Source: an uncultured Candidatus Saccharibacteria bacterium (lineage in GTDB: Bacteria; Patescibacteriota; CALEFQ01). Taken from it: 64,000 bases of DNA. Of the stretch, positions 27,713 to 38,910 are shown piece after piece; the stretch's first letter is position 1; every line of letters starts with the position of its first letter. The stretch spans positions 782,321 to 846,320 of the forward strand of contig OZ246404.1 of NCBI GenBank assembly GCA_965230955.1, in the 5' to 3' direction. A program made the translations under genes and the position numbers. The notes beneath the pieces are model-generated. The model searched no databases and was not told the DNA's origin. It saw nothing but the letters and a program-made list of their open reading frames with translations.

Positions 27713-29300
27713 TATTGGCGGATTTAATTTGTTTTATTCCCAAGAGCGGCGCGCCATCAACCGTCAGTATATAAACCGGCTCAATTTCCTTGAAGGGCTC
27801 AAAATTGGCCTTGGTCAAATACAAACAATAATCGGGATCTTCCTTTTCTTTCACTACCGCCAAATCCGGACGCAGATAAGGCAGCGCCATTTTATCGGTC
27901 GGTAAAATAGCCACGCGAGCGCCTGTTGGCGCATTGGCATTCAGCCAAGCCGCGCCTTCTTTCATCTCGATTCCCCAGTACCCGACTTCGTAATACGGCG
28001 CAGCTCCACCCATTCCTCCCGCCAATTCATTAAAATAATAGAGCTGATAAGGATGAATAAACATCATCTTGAAAAATATCGCGCCACCGGCCGAGGCTAT
28101 AATCACAGACAAGATGACGGCGGCCAGTCGCCGTTTCTGCGGAGAAGCGGGAAATTTACGGCCCAGCCAATGAAACAAACCGCTCCCGCCGATTCCCGCC
28201 AGCAAAACCAGTGCCGGCGCAACCAAGAAAAAATGCCGAATGCCATCGTAGACACCGATACCCAGCAAAATAATCGAACCAAAAACGACAGCCAACCAGA
28301 TCGGATACAGCGATCCCGCCCGGTTTGATAATGTTTTTGTTTGTTTGATCACCAAAACCAAGCCGATAAATCCTAAAACCGATATCAAAATCGGCGTGAC
28401 CCAGAAAAAAATAATCGGGGCATAATGCCAGGGTAATTCCGGAGCTTTATAAAGTATACCTTGATATTTCACCAGGCCGATCCATTCATAAGCCCCCACA
28501 GAAGTCACTGCTTCCCAAAAACGGCTTATCGGCGCCGGCCAAAGCCACGGCCAAAAAGCCAACATGGATCCGAAGGCGACAAAAGGATAAGCCAGGAGCG
28601 ACCAACCCCATTTCTTAATCTGAAGGCCAAACTGCGATTTTTTATCTTTAACCTTAAACCAGGCGATGATACGATCGCGGTAAGAGACAATAACCCAAAT
28701 GAAAAGAATCAGCGGTACCCACAAAGCATTGGCGCGCACGGCCAAAGCCAAACCCAAAATAATTCCAGCCAAAATAAACTGCCACCATCTTTTCGTCTGC
28801 CACGCCCAGACAAAAAACATAATCGCCAGCGCGAACAGAGCCGCGACCGGCAAATCTTTGGGGTTCCCTTGGCTCTCGCCGATAAATCGCGGATAAAGCA
28901 ACAAAAAAACCGATGCTAAAAAAGCGGTCAGAGTGCCGGAGGTCAAATAGCCAAGGCCGAAAACCGAAACAAGCAAAATCGCTCCGAAAATAATCAGGTG
29001 GACATGATGCGCCGCCACTTCATTGAGCCAGTGGAGCTGATCGGTAAAAATAATTTTACTACCCTGCCCCAACACATCGGCCAGCGGGCCGTAATATTTC
29101 AGATTATGATTGCTCTCGATCTCATTGATCTCGGCTTTCCCGGAAAAAACATCCAGATTAATCTCGCCGGAGCGCCAGTGCACGCTCTCGTCCCAGGTTT
29201 CGCCATAGTCGTTGATATTCAGGAAATTGACCGTCAGAAAAATCGCCACCATAAGAGCGGCCAGGCAAAAGGCAAATTTTTTGGTTTGCCAAAAACGCAT
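27705..29300 (-). CDS. GT-C fold membrane glycosyltransferase (ArnT/PMT-like, GT39/GT83-type)
   Basis: Polytopic protein. It has a first-loop DE motif (YGETWDESVHW) as in the PMT/ArnT family, and a C-terminal soluble domain. Confidence 0.45.
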   Translation of the reverse strand: MRFWQTKKFAFCLAALMVAIFLTVNFLNINDYGETWDESVHWRSGEINLDVFSGKAEINEIESNHNLKYYGPLADVLGQGSKIIFTDQLHWLNEVAAHHVHLIIFGAILLVSVFGLGYLTSGTLTAFLASVFLLLYPRFIGESQGNPKDLPVAALFALAIMFFVWAWQTKRWWQFILAGIILGLALAVRANALWVPLILFIWVIVSYRDRIIAWFKVKDKKSQFGLQIKKWGWSLLAYPFVAFGSMLAFWPWLWPAPISRFWEAVTSVGAYEWIGLVKYQGILYKAPELPWHYAPIIFFWVTPILISVLGFIGLVLVIKQTKTLSNRAGSLYPIWLAVVFGSIILLGIGVYDGIRHFFLVAPALVLLAGIGGSGLFHWLGRKFPASPQKRRLAAVILSVIIASAGGAIFFKMMFIHPYQLYYFNELAGGMGGAAPYYEVGYWGIEMKEGAAWLNANAPTGARVAILPTDKMALPYLRPDLAVVKEKEDPDYCLYLTKANFEPFKEIEPVYILTVDGAPLLGIKQIKSANNE

Positions 29301-29412
29301 AAATTCGGGAAAACTATTCTTTAGAACGTTTAATTAAACACATTTTTATTTCTGCAATTTCACGTTGTGATTCTTCGATCGAGGTCATAAGCAGCTGAAA
29401 ATCAGAACCAAC

Positions 29413-29445
29413 TAAAAACTAAGAGGAAACGTGATTCCTCTTAGT
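29413..29445 (-). terminator. hairpin terminator downstream of the perR-like/peroxiredoxin pair
   Basis: ctaagaggaa-acgtgat-tcctcttag, followed on the minus strand by a TTTTTAGTT run. Confidence 0.45.
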
Positions 29446-29474
29446 ATTTTAGCCCTTTGAGGCTATTTTATCAA

Positions 29475-29999
29475 TTATTTTGCCTTCCCGAGCGTTTTTT
29501 TCTTGTCATTCCACTCAATCGGGCACATCGCCCCGGTTTGCAACGCCTGGAGAACCCGTAGCGTCTCCTGGACACTTCTGCCGACGTTTAAATCGTGAAC
29601 CACCTGGTACTGCAAGATTCCATGCGGATCAATCACAAAAGTACCCCGTAAAGCTACGCCCTTTTCCTCCAACAGCACGCCATATTGCCGGCTGACTTCC
29701 TTGGTGATGTCACTCAGCAGAGGAAAATCCAGTTCACCCAAATCGTTTTTTATCCAAGCTTGGTGCGAATAGACGCTATCGGTACTGATTCCAAAAACCT
29801 GGGCATTATGCATTTCAAATTCATCCAGCCGGCGGTTGAATTCCTTGATTTCGGTCGGACAAACAAAGGTGAAATCAAGCGGGTAGAAGAAAAGAACGGT
29901 CCATTTTGATTTACCGGGCAGAGGCCGGAATTTTTTTATCTGATCACCGACGATTCCCTGGAGAGAAAATTCCGGTGCGACTTTACTTACTTGAATCAT
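29475..29999 (-). CDS. peroxiredoxin (AhpC/Prx1-type thiol peroxidase)
   Basis: FFYPLDFTFVCPTEI peroxidatic cysteine motif and a resolving Cys near the C-terminus. Confidence 0.85.
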   Translation of the reverse strand: MIQVSKVAPEFSLQGIVGDQIKKFRPLPGKSKWTVLFFYPLDFTFVCPTEIKEFNRRLDEFEMHNAQVFGISTDSVYSHQAWIKNDLGELDFPLLSDITKEVSRQYGVLLEEKGVALRGTFVIDPHGILQYQVVHDLNVGRSVQETLRVLQALQTGAMCPIEWNDKKKTLGKAK

Positions 30000-30396
30000 A
30001 TTTTTCCTTTATTATTTGGTGATTTTTACATTTGGGACAATAGCCCCGGACGGTGATATCGACATCCACGATTTTGAATTTGCCGTTGCGGCTCAACCCC
30101 TGGCGCAAAGCGGTGTAACGACCGAAGTCGTCATAGACTCGCCCGCATTTCAGGCAGACAAAATGCTGATGATCGGTTTGTTCCGCGTCATAGCGCGAAC
30201 ATTCGCGATCAAAACATAATTCCTTGATCACGCCTTGCGCGGTCATTTGCTTTAGATTGCGGTAGACCGTGCCAAAACTGATAGTCGGGATTTTCTTTTT
30301 AACCGCCTCGAAAACGATATCGGCGGAAGGATGAGTTTTGACGGAACGTAAATAATCGAAGATTTCTTGTTTTTGAACTGTTTGTCGAGTAATCAT
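29983..30396 (-). CDS. Fur-family transcriptional regulator, probably PerR-like (co-transcribed with the peroxiredoxin)
   Basis: HQHFVCLKCGRV...GYCPKC zinc sites. HTH N-terminal half (FGTVYRNL). Confidence 0.8.
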   Translation of the reverse strand: MITRQTVQKQEIFDYLRSVKTHPSADIVFEAVKKKIPTISFGTVYRNLKQMTAQGVIKELCFDRECSRYDAEQTDHQHFVCLKCGRVYDDFGRYTALRQGLSRNGKFKIVDVDITVRGYCPKCKNHQIIKEKYDSSK

Positions 30397-30405
30397 AGTA
30401 TTAAT

Positions 30406-30445
30406 AATTATTCCTATTTAGATTGTATTCTAAATAGGAATAATT
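30406..30445. promoter_or_regulatory. 16-bp perfect inverted repeat AATTATTCCTATTTAG-N8-CTAAATAGGAATAATT immediately upstream of the Fur/PerR-like gene; a candidate operator
   Basis: An AT-rich palindrome located 10-50 nt upstream of the 30396 start. Fur/PerR boxes are AT-rich inverted repeats. Confidence 0.5.
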
Positions 30446-30478
30446 GCCAATAGAGTTATCCACAGGCGCAACTCTTTT

Positions 30479-31723
30479 TCATTTTCCGGCAAAGGGATTG
30501 ATTTTGATCCATTCCCGATAAATCGCCGTCTGGCTCCAGGCGGACCAAGGAATAGTCGGATGCACCGTCTTGCCGCCAAATTTGATGGCTCGAGCGATCG
30601 CCGGAATCGGATATCCGCCATAGACATAGGAATCCACCAAGGTGCTCCAATTTTTGTCCGAAATGGGAATTTTCCCTCGGCCAAAATAATTCTCTAATCC
30701 TTTCCTCAATTCAACCGCTTTGGCGGATAATTTGGCGGGCGCGATTTCAAACTGATTATACGGACCTTTCATAATACTGCTATACCACCAGAAAGCCGGC
30801 TTCGGATCCATCGAGCGATCAATCAAGCCGAAATGATCTTCGTAAGAATTGCCGATTTCACGGTCGCGGTAAGTGTAGAGAAAAACTTTATCGACATAAG
30901 GCAAACCGGCCACATACGGAACTTTTTTCATCAAGTATTCTTTTTGCAAATTCTCGGTTATCCCCCCTTCGGTGGAACAACCCATTTCCGTCACCCAGAT
31001 TTTTTCTTTGGGATTATATTTCTTGATCACGTTATTATAAAGATTGGTTAGATTTTGTTCCAACTCCTGATTGGTCGAATCATCGCGATAATTGCGACAA
31101 TAGTACAGATGAAGAGCCAAGGCGTCGAAATGTCCGCGGCTGGTCTCGTAAAGCTCTTTGATAAACGCCTCATTGGGATACGAAATTCCGGCAGTAATCA
31201 CGGTAGCGCTCGGATCGACTTCCTTGATCACATCATAGGCCGACCACAAAATTTTGCGGTAATTTGCCATGGTGTTTGGCTGGAGGAAATCCGGCGAGTC
31301 GGGCTCATTCCAAATCTGCCAAACATGGATCGAAGATTTATAACGCTCAACAATAAATCGAATGTAACGTTTCCACCGACCGATATCGGAAATTTGAAAT
31401 TGTTTGTCCTCTTCCGGCCCGTAAGCCAGCATCCCGACCACACTGAGACCTTGTTTCTGGTAACGATCAACCACATAATCATATCGATCCAGCCAGGCTT
31501 CATTGTTATCCTCCAGCAATTTAGTATAAAAATGTTCGCGCACCCATTTGGTGTTGCTATTGCGCAAGAAACTTTCCGTCCGGCCATTGGCGTCAAAGGC
31601 ATCCAGCGACCAGTGCATGTTCATGCCCACTTGGCTCTTGTAAAGAGGCTTAGCCTGAGTAATTGAGGGGAAAACAGTCAGTCCAAACAGACCAATCAAG
31701 CAAGCTGTCACTATTTTTTTCAT
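30479..31723 (-). CDS. secreted glycoside hydrolase, GH5-like (beta/alpha)8 fold
   Basis: Signal peptide. QIWNEPD (acid/base Glu) and WVTEMG (nucleophile Glu) motifs. Confidence 0.6.
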   Translation of the reverse strand: MKKIVTACLIGLFGLTVFPSITQAKPLYKSQVGMNMHWSLDAFDANGRTESFLRNSNTKWVREHFYTKLLEDNNEAWLDRYDYVVDRYQKQGLSVVGMLAYGPEEDKQFQISDIGRWKRYIRFIVERYKSSIHVWQIWNEPDSPDFLQPNTMANYRKILWSAYDVIKEVDPSATVITAGISYPNEAFIKELYETSRGHFDALALHLYYCRNYRDDSTNQELEQNLTNLYNNVIKKYNPKEKIWVTEMGCSTEGGITENLQKEYLMKKVPYVAGLPYVDKVFLYTYRDREIGNSYEDHFGLIDRSMDPKPAFWWYSSIMKGPYNQFEIAPAKLSAKAVELRKGLENYFGRGKIPISDKNWSTLVDSYVYGGYPIPAIARAIKFGGKTVHPTIPWSAWSQTAIYREWIKINPFAGK

Positions 31724-31813
31724 AAAACAGGGATTTAATTACAACTGTTGATATTATCATCCTTTGGGAGATTATTCAATCGCCAGAAAAGTAACAATGA
31801 AATAACAAAAACT

Positions 31814-31866
31814 CCCCCCACACTCAGGATTTGGAATGGTCTTTCCAATGCCTGAGTGTGGGGGGT
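31814..31866. terminator. long near-perfect hairpin (ccccccacactcaggatttggaa-tggtct-ttccaatgcctgagtgtgggggg)
   Basis: A 23-bp stem with one mismatch, and a U-rich run on the minus-strand side. It lies between the GH5 gene start and the deaminase gene end. Confidence 0.4.
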
Positions 31867-32182
31867 GCTAGGGACAAAAGAAAACTATTTTTTGTCGCCG
31901 TCTTTTTTCTTCAGGCCGGAAAGCATATATATCGCCACAACGACCGCGATGGCCGCAACGATAATTATGGTGACCCAGTAAAAATCCAACATTGGTTTTT
32001 GTTTACAATTTAAATCAATTTAACTATAGCACATTCGCCCTTCGGAGACAAATCGACTTGGATAGTCTGTTTTTAGGCACCGCACGACAATGGCCAGCAT
32101 CGCAATCGCACTAGCCAGAAAGCCATTTGAATCAAGATCTGGCTAAAAACACCGGCCGCGGAAACAGTACTAATGATTTTTA

Positions 32183-32662
32183 TCAGTAAACCTTTTTATC
32201 CGGCCGACCGGCCCATTCTTGCCAGAGAATAAGATTTTCGGCGCGTAAGACACCCGGAACAATTTCCAAGTTGGTAAAAGAAATCTCGGTCAGAGTTTTA
32301 TTGGTAATCGCCAATTCATTAAAGCCGAATTTTTGGGCGTCGGCGATACTGAGACCGAAAACTATCCGTTTGATCCGGGCCCAGTGGGCGGCGCTGAAAC
32401 ACATCGGGCAAGGTTCGAGAGTGGAATAAAGTGTCGTCCCGTCCAAAAAGACCTGATGCTGTTTCTGACAAGCATCTCGAATAGCCACGATTTCCGCGTG
32501 AGCGGTGATATCAGTATTCGCCCAGACATGATTATAATCCGCCGCGATTACCTGGCCATCCTTAACGATACACGCCCCAAAAGGAGCCTGTCCCTGCTCA
32601 ACCCCGAGCTGGGCCTGATTCAAGGCCAGACGCATAAACTTTTCATCGTCAGAATTGATCAT
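32183..32662 (-). CDS. CDA-fold zinc deaminase (TadA/guanine deaminase-like)
   Basis: HAEIVAIRDA and PCPMCFSAA zinc-binding motifs. Confidence 0.75.
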   Translation of the reverse strand: MINSDDEKFMRLALNQAQLGVEQGQAPFGACIVKDGQVIAADYNHVWANTDITAHAEIVAIRDACQKQHQVFLDGTTLYSTLEPCPMCFSAAHWARIKRIVFGLSIADAQKFGFNELAITNKTLTEISFTNLEIVPGVLRAENLILWQEWAGRPDKKVY

Positions 32663-32689
32663 TTTGTTTTATTTTGGCACCGACTCGAA

Positions 32690-33706
32690 CTAATTGAAAA
32701 TATATTTTATAATCTCCCCCGCCACATCGCGCGGCTCGCCCTGATAAGGGAAATGATGAATATCCAATCCGGCGGGATGATTAAGTTCCAGCAGTATGAT
32801 ATTATTCTTGCTCGTATCGGAAGAATGGATGTCTTTGCATAAAATATCGACTCCAGCCGCCTTCAACCCGATAATACCGACACTTTTAAGCGCGACGTTT
32901 TTCAACTCCGGGGACACCTCATCGGTCATATCGAATGTCCGTCCACCGGTACTGACATTGGCGTTCCAGCGCAACACTACGGGTTCCCCTTTTTGAGGGA
33001 TGTAATCCAAAGTCTTGCCCTGTTCTTTCAATTTTCGCTGGGCCTCTTGATCCAAAACGATCGGACACAACGGCAGATCATATTGGCCACTGTCGGTTGA
33101 CCAAATTTTATTGTAATCAGCCGCTAATTGTTTGATTGTTTTTTGGCCGTCACCTTCCACGTAAGCCGGTTTGCGTTCCAACACCGCCACGACCTTGTCC
33201 CCGACCACGCTGAAGCGCAGATCGCGACCGACAAAAAATTCTTCCACCAGAACTTGCTCCCCCACCGCCGCCTGCTTCATAAAACCGAAAGCTTTCGCGA
33301 TCGCCTCGCTCAATTCCGCCTGATTTTTGACATTCATCGAAGCGCCGTTCCCGTGCGAAGCGGTAATCGGCTTGACCGCCAATGGGAAATCAAGCTTGCT
33401 TAATTCGGACTGAGAGTCACCGGACGGACTGTCGAGAACAACCGATTTCGGAACCGGAATGCCTTGAGGCTCAAGCAATAAGCGGGTCAGATATTTATCG
33501 TTGGCGATATTCGCGGCCACGACGTTGTTACAAGGCAATGAAGTCCCGGAAAACAAAAAACCGCGGCGATCATCTCCGATCCAAAAAACATTGCCCGGCA
33601 ACAACTTGTAATTCAGCCCTTGTTTTTGAGCCGCTTTGATTAAGAGCGACTTTGAGATTCCCAAGTCGCCGATTCGCTGTTTTGTTATTTCGGAAAGTGG
33701 AATCAT
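32690..33706 (-). CDS. ATP-grasp family ligase (RimK/cyanophycin-synthetase-like)
   Basis: ATP-grasp signature regions (LPLAVKPITASHGNGASMNV, EEFFVGRDLRFSVVGDKV, ILLELNHPAGL). Confidence 0.55.
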   Translation of the reverse strand: MIPLSEITKQRIGDLGISKSLLIKAAQKQGLNYKLLPGNVFWIGDDRRGFLFSGTSLPCNNVVAANIANDKYLTRLLLEPQGIPVPKSVVLDSPSGDSQSELSKLDFPLAVKPITASHGNGASMNVKNQAELSEAIAKAFGFMKQAAVGEQVLVEEFFVGRDLRFSVVGDKVVAVLERKPAYVEGDGQKTIKQLAADYNKIWSTDSGQYDLPLCPIVLDQEAQRKLKEQGKTLDYIPQKGEPVVLRWNANVSTGGRTFDMTDEVSPELKNVALKSVGIIGLKAAGVDILCKDIHSSDTSKNNIILLELNHPAGLDIHHFPYQGEPRDVAGEIIKYIFN

Positions 33707-33826
33707 TTATTTGATTTAATTATCCTTATTATAATGCCAAAATCATTATTTGTCGAATTAAAAAACCCGCCGAGTCGGCGGGGGCAATTTGGCGAAGTAA
33801 TTACCAGCTTGGCGTAAATATCCTCG

Positions 33827-34639
33827 TTAAAGATTCTTTAAAAAATCATATTGCTGATATCGCTCACGTAAAATCTCATAATCGCGCTGGTTCATAATTC
33901 GCTTGGCCGGATGAAAAATGACTTCCACCCGATACCCGGAGATTTCCGGCAACATTCGACGCACCTTCTCGGCATCAAAACGAGGGAAAATCCAATCAAT
34001 GCTCAAAATTGAATCTGTCGTCCGCCCCATAAACCCATACCGGCAACCCCGTGTGAACAGCCGATCCCAGCCCAATAAAGAATTAATCATGATCGCTTTG
34101 GGCGACCGGATCCAATACTTGGCCGGCAAAGCGCGCCGCCCGCCCCGGATGCCGGTAATACCGTACTCCTGCGCCAATTGGCAAATATCGCCAAACAAGA
34201 AAGGATGAAAATTCAAATGCTGATGAGCCTCGAGCTGATCCGGAAGAAAACCGAAGCGGCGCTTGAATTCCACTATCTGATTGCGCCAAGCAGCTCGGAC
34301 GCTATTCCGCAGATTTCGGCTAAAGGCCAGCCGCCAGCCGCTTTTTAGAATGAAAGAGAGCTTTTCCTCATCGGCGATGTCGCCCTTCTGATCCAAAATT
34401 TTGCGGGCATCGAGATGTAAACCGATTCTTATGCCGAGCGCCCGCTTGAGAGCTTTCAATTTTTCCAATTCCGGCTCCGTCAAACCAGCCAGCAAAACCG
34501 AAGTGCCTTGCAAACGACCCTGTCCCAACAATTCCAAAATAGCCTCATCCCCCTGTGGTAATAGGCCGAAATCATCAGCATAAAAATTAAGTTTTCCCGT
34601 TTTGATCATTGAGGTATTTTTTCGACGTAACCGCCCCAA
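33827..34639 (-). CDS. YdjC/ChbG-family carbohydrate deacetylase-like protein
   Basis: The N-terminal LNFYADDFGL...GLHLD pattern is characteristic of the YdjC family. Confidence 0.6.
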   Translation of the reverse strand: MGRLRRKNTSMIKTGKLNFYADDFGLLPQGDEAILELLGQGRLQGTSVLLAGLTEPELEKLKALKRALGIRIGLHLDARKILDQKGDIADEEKLSFILKSGWRLAFSRNLRNSVRAAWRNQIVEFKRRFGFLPDQLEAHQHLNFHPFLFGDICQLAQEYGITGIRGGRRALPAKYWIRSPKAIMINSLLGWDRLFTRGCRYGFMGRTTDSILSIDWIFPRFDAEKVRRMLPEISGYRVEVIFHPAKRIMNQRDYEILRERYQQYDFLKNL

Positions 34640-36933
34640 ATTTCACCGGTAATATAATCGACATAAATTATCTGGCGGGGATCGGTGTCCAAAGTGATGG
34701 CATAAGCCGGACGCTTGAAATGACGCGGCAAACGCACTTTTTCATTGCGCGTCCACTCGTTCATGGCGACGCGCTGTTCCGCGAGTAGAGCGACCGACGG
34801 CGATAAATCCAAATATTCCCTGGCTCGTTGCGCCGCTTGTTCCGGAGTGAGAAACTGAGCCAAGTCATCCGCCGTAATATGATAGATCAACAATGAGTAT
34901 CCTATCTGATAATCAGGCTCGCGGTCAAGGATCCTCAGATAGGATATTTCGTTTTTAGCTCGCGCCTGAAATTCACTCATCTGGAAAAACGAGGCCCCGA
35001 CTACCAGATATGAGCCCTCCGGCGGCAAACAATCAATGGCATGCCAACCGGTAAAATTGGCGGTTCCCAGTGAATGATTCGGTGTCCCGCCCCCCATGTA
35101 GTCCAAATAAACATGATTTACTCCATGATCGTTCATCCATTGCCGGAGACGATTCAAGTCCTGTCCCCAATCCAGACTGGAATCAACCAAATAATTATGC
35201 GCCCGGCTGCGCGCGCCGATAAACTCGTTAAAATAAGATAAGTACGCCGGAAAAATAGAAACCGTGCCGACCAGCAGCCAAATCAATAAGCCGGCGATTA
35301 TTATCTGAAATATCGGCAACGGACGAGTTTGGCGATTTTGAATATTTCGGCGCAATAACCAATGATCGACAAAACGAACACTGCCGGCCGCCAGCAAGAA
35401 AATAAAAGGGAATGTCGGCATCATCCAGCGCAAACCGATATTGGTATTGGTAAACATACCGCCAATCCAAAAAATCAGTACAAAAATCACGATTCCAAGG
35501 ATATCGAAGCGGCGCCATAAAAGCTCGCGCCACTTTTGCCAATGGCGAGAAGCGGAAGATTTTTTTGTCGACCCCGATGTCGCTGCCGGCGGACCGGAAG
35601 CGAGGGAACTTAGCGCCAGCCAATTTTTACGGGCAGCGATAATCATGACCACCGCCGCCATGACGGTGAAAATCAGAAGCGGAATCGGCATTTTCACCAA
35701 ATAAGCCAGATAATAATAATACCACCAGCCGGTTTCCCGATAATCACCCATCAGGAAAGCGGTATTGCGCCCGCCGATGTCATTTTTGTAAACATACACC
35801 ATGCCCAGGAAATATGTCGCGGGAGCTTTGCCTCCGGAAATCCGGCCCAGCTTCAAAAGAGTCGATCTGATTTTCAAAGGAATTTCACCGGTGACCAATT
35901 TTTTATCCGGCTTGGTAAAAGCATAATTGACCAAGCGCTCAAAAACATCATCGGGAATATTTTTGGTATGGTACAGATAAGGCAGAAAAATAATCGCATG
36001 GGACAAAACCAAAATTACCAATCCGCAAACCAGGTAAAGCCAAACGCGCTTCAGCCACTGCCAGGGGAAAAGCCTGGTCAAAAGCCAAGCCGGCACGGGA
36101 GAAAAACGCAAAATCATGGCCAAAATCAGAATTATCCCTAAGTACGGCCAGATGAGGATCGCGCTGAATTTTGCCAAACAAGCCAAGGCGATCGTCAAGG
36201 CGGCCAAAATCAAATTCCCCCAATTGGGCCGGCGCACGAATTTTAAAATAACGTATACAGCGATGAAAAGGAAAACGGTGCTTCCGACATCCGTCGTGAC
36301 ATAACGGGCATGCGCGATAAAATCCGGGGTAAAAGCAAAAAGAAACACGGCGAATAAACCGGCCAGCGTCCCGAACAATTCTTTCGTCCAACGGAACAGA
36401 AAATAACCCAAGACAAACAGCAGTAGCATCGGCCCCAGCCGCGTCCAGAAAAATATTTGCTCGGCATTATTGCCCCATTCGTATATGAATTTCCAGCCCG
36501 TTTCCCATTGGCCGTTTGGTTCCTGTTGCCAGTTATAAAGATCGGTGGGAAATTTCAAGTCATTTAGAAACAACAAAGGAAACGAAGCGATGTCTTTGAT
36601 CAAGGGCGGGTGTTCAGGATTGAGACGATAATCCCCAAACTTGAGAGCGGCATAGCCGCCGGGAATATGAGCCACCTCATCAACAATTCCCGAATCGGGC
36701 GGGAGATTTCCGCCGAGCCATTGAGTTCCGGCGGAACTGAAAAAAGACTGCACAAACATAAAAACCAAAAGACCGGCCACCAGCCAATTGGCGTGGCGCC
36801 TGGTCCAATTCCTCCAGACGGTAAATTTATCGGTTAATGAAATAGCCATGATAACAAAGAAAACAAGAGCCATACCCTTGAGATATGGTACATTTTCTCC
36901 TCTAGAATAACACAAAATATCATTTGTTTTCAA
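34606..36933 (-). CDS. GT-C fold membrane glycosyltransferase (ArnT/PMT-like) with a large C-terminal extracytoplasmic domain
   Basis: Polytopic N-terminal half with a loop-1 DEVAH motif, then a soluble C-terminal domain of about 250 aa. Confidence 0.45.
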   Translation of the reverse strand: MKTNDILCYSRGENVPYLKGMALVFFVIMAISLTDKFTVWRNWTRRHANWLVAGLLVFMFVQSFFSSAGTQWLGGNLPPDSGIVDEVAHIPGGYAALKFGDYRLNPEHPPLIKDIASFPLLFLNDLKFPTDLYNWQQEPNGQWETGWKFIYEWGNNAEQIFFWTRLGPMLLLFVLGYFLFRWTKELFGTLAGLFAVFLFAFTPDFIAHARYVTTDVGSTVFLFIAVYVILKFVRRPNWGNLILAALTIALACLAKFSAILIWPYLGIILILAMILRFSPVPAWLLTRLFPWQWLKRVWLYLVCGLVILVLSHAIIFLPYLYHTKNIPDDVFERLVNYAFTKPDKKLVTGEIPLKIRSTLLKLGRISGGKAPATYFLGMVYVYKNDIGGRNTAFLMGDYRETGWWYYYYLAYLVKMPIPLLIFTVMAAVVMIIAARKNWLALSSLASGPPAATSGSTKKSSASRHWQKWRELLWRRFDILGIVIFVLIFWIGGMFTNTNIGLRWMMPTFPFIFLLAAGSVRFVDHWLLRRNIQNRQTRPLPIFQIIIAGLLIWLLVGTVSIFPAYLSYFNEFIGARSRAHNYLVDSSLDWGQDLNRLRQWMNDHGVNHVYLDYMGGGTPNHSLGTANFTGWHAIDCLPPEGSYLVVGASFFQMSEFQARAKNEISYLRILDREPDYQIGYSLLIYHITADDLAQFLTPEQAAQRAREYLDLSPSVALLAEQRVAMNEWTRNEKVRLPRHFKRPAYAITLDTDPRQIIYVDYITGEIWGGYVEKIPQ

Positions 36934-37007
36934 GCCGTCAGACAGACCGGGAATCCGATCGCCGATAATACAAAAACCACCCGAGCGATCTCGCGGTGGT
37001 TTTGGCT

Positions 37008-38819
<1,812 letters not shown>

Positions 38820-38910
38820 AAAATACCATCAAAAAAACCGCGTGATTAACGGCTGTTTTAGAGTAAAAACAAGCTAACTACTTATACAACAGTTTAATTA
38901 TTGTGTCAAA

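Noticed and set aside
31831-32013. 60-aa plus ORF and a possible 35-aa minus-strand membrane peptide (MLDFYWVTIIIVAAIAVVV...)
   Set aside because: The plus ORF has no ribosome-binding site and its composition is implausible. The minus peptide looked attractive, but its frame depends on the length of an A-homopolymer that I could not read unambiguously. I could not establish a start codon in the hydrophobic frame.
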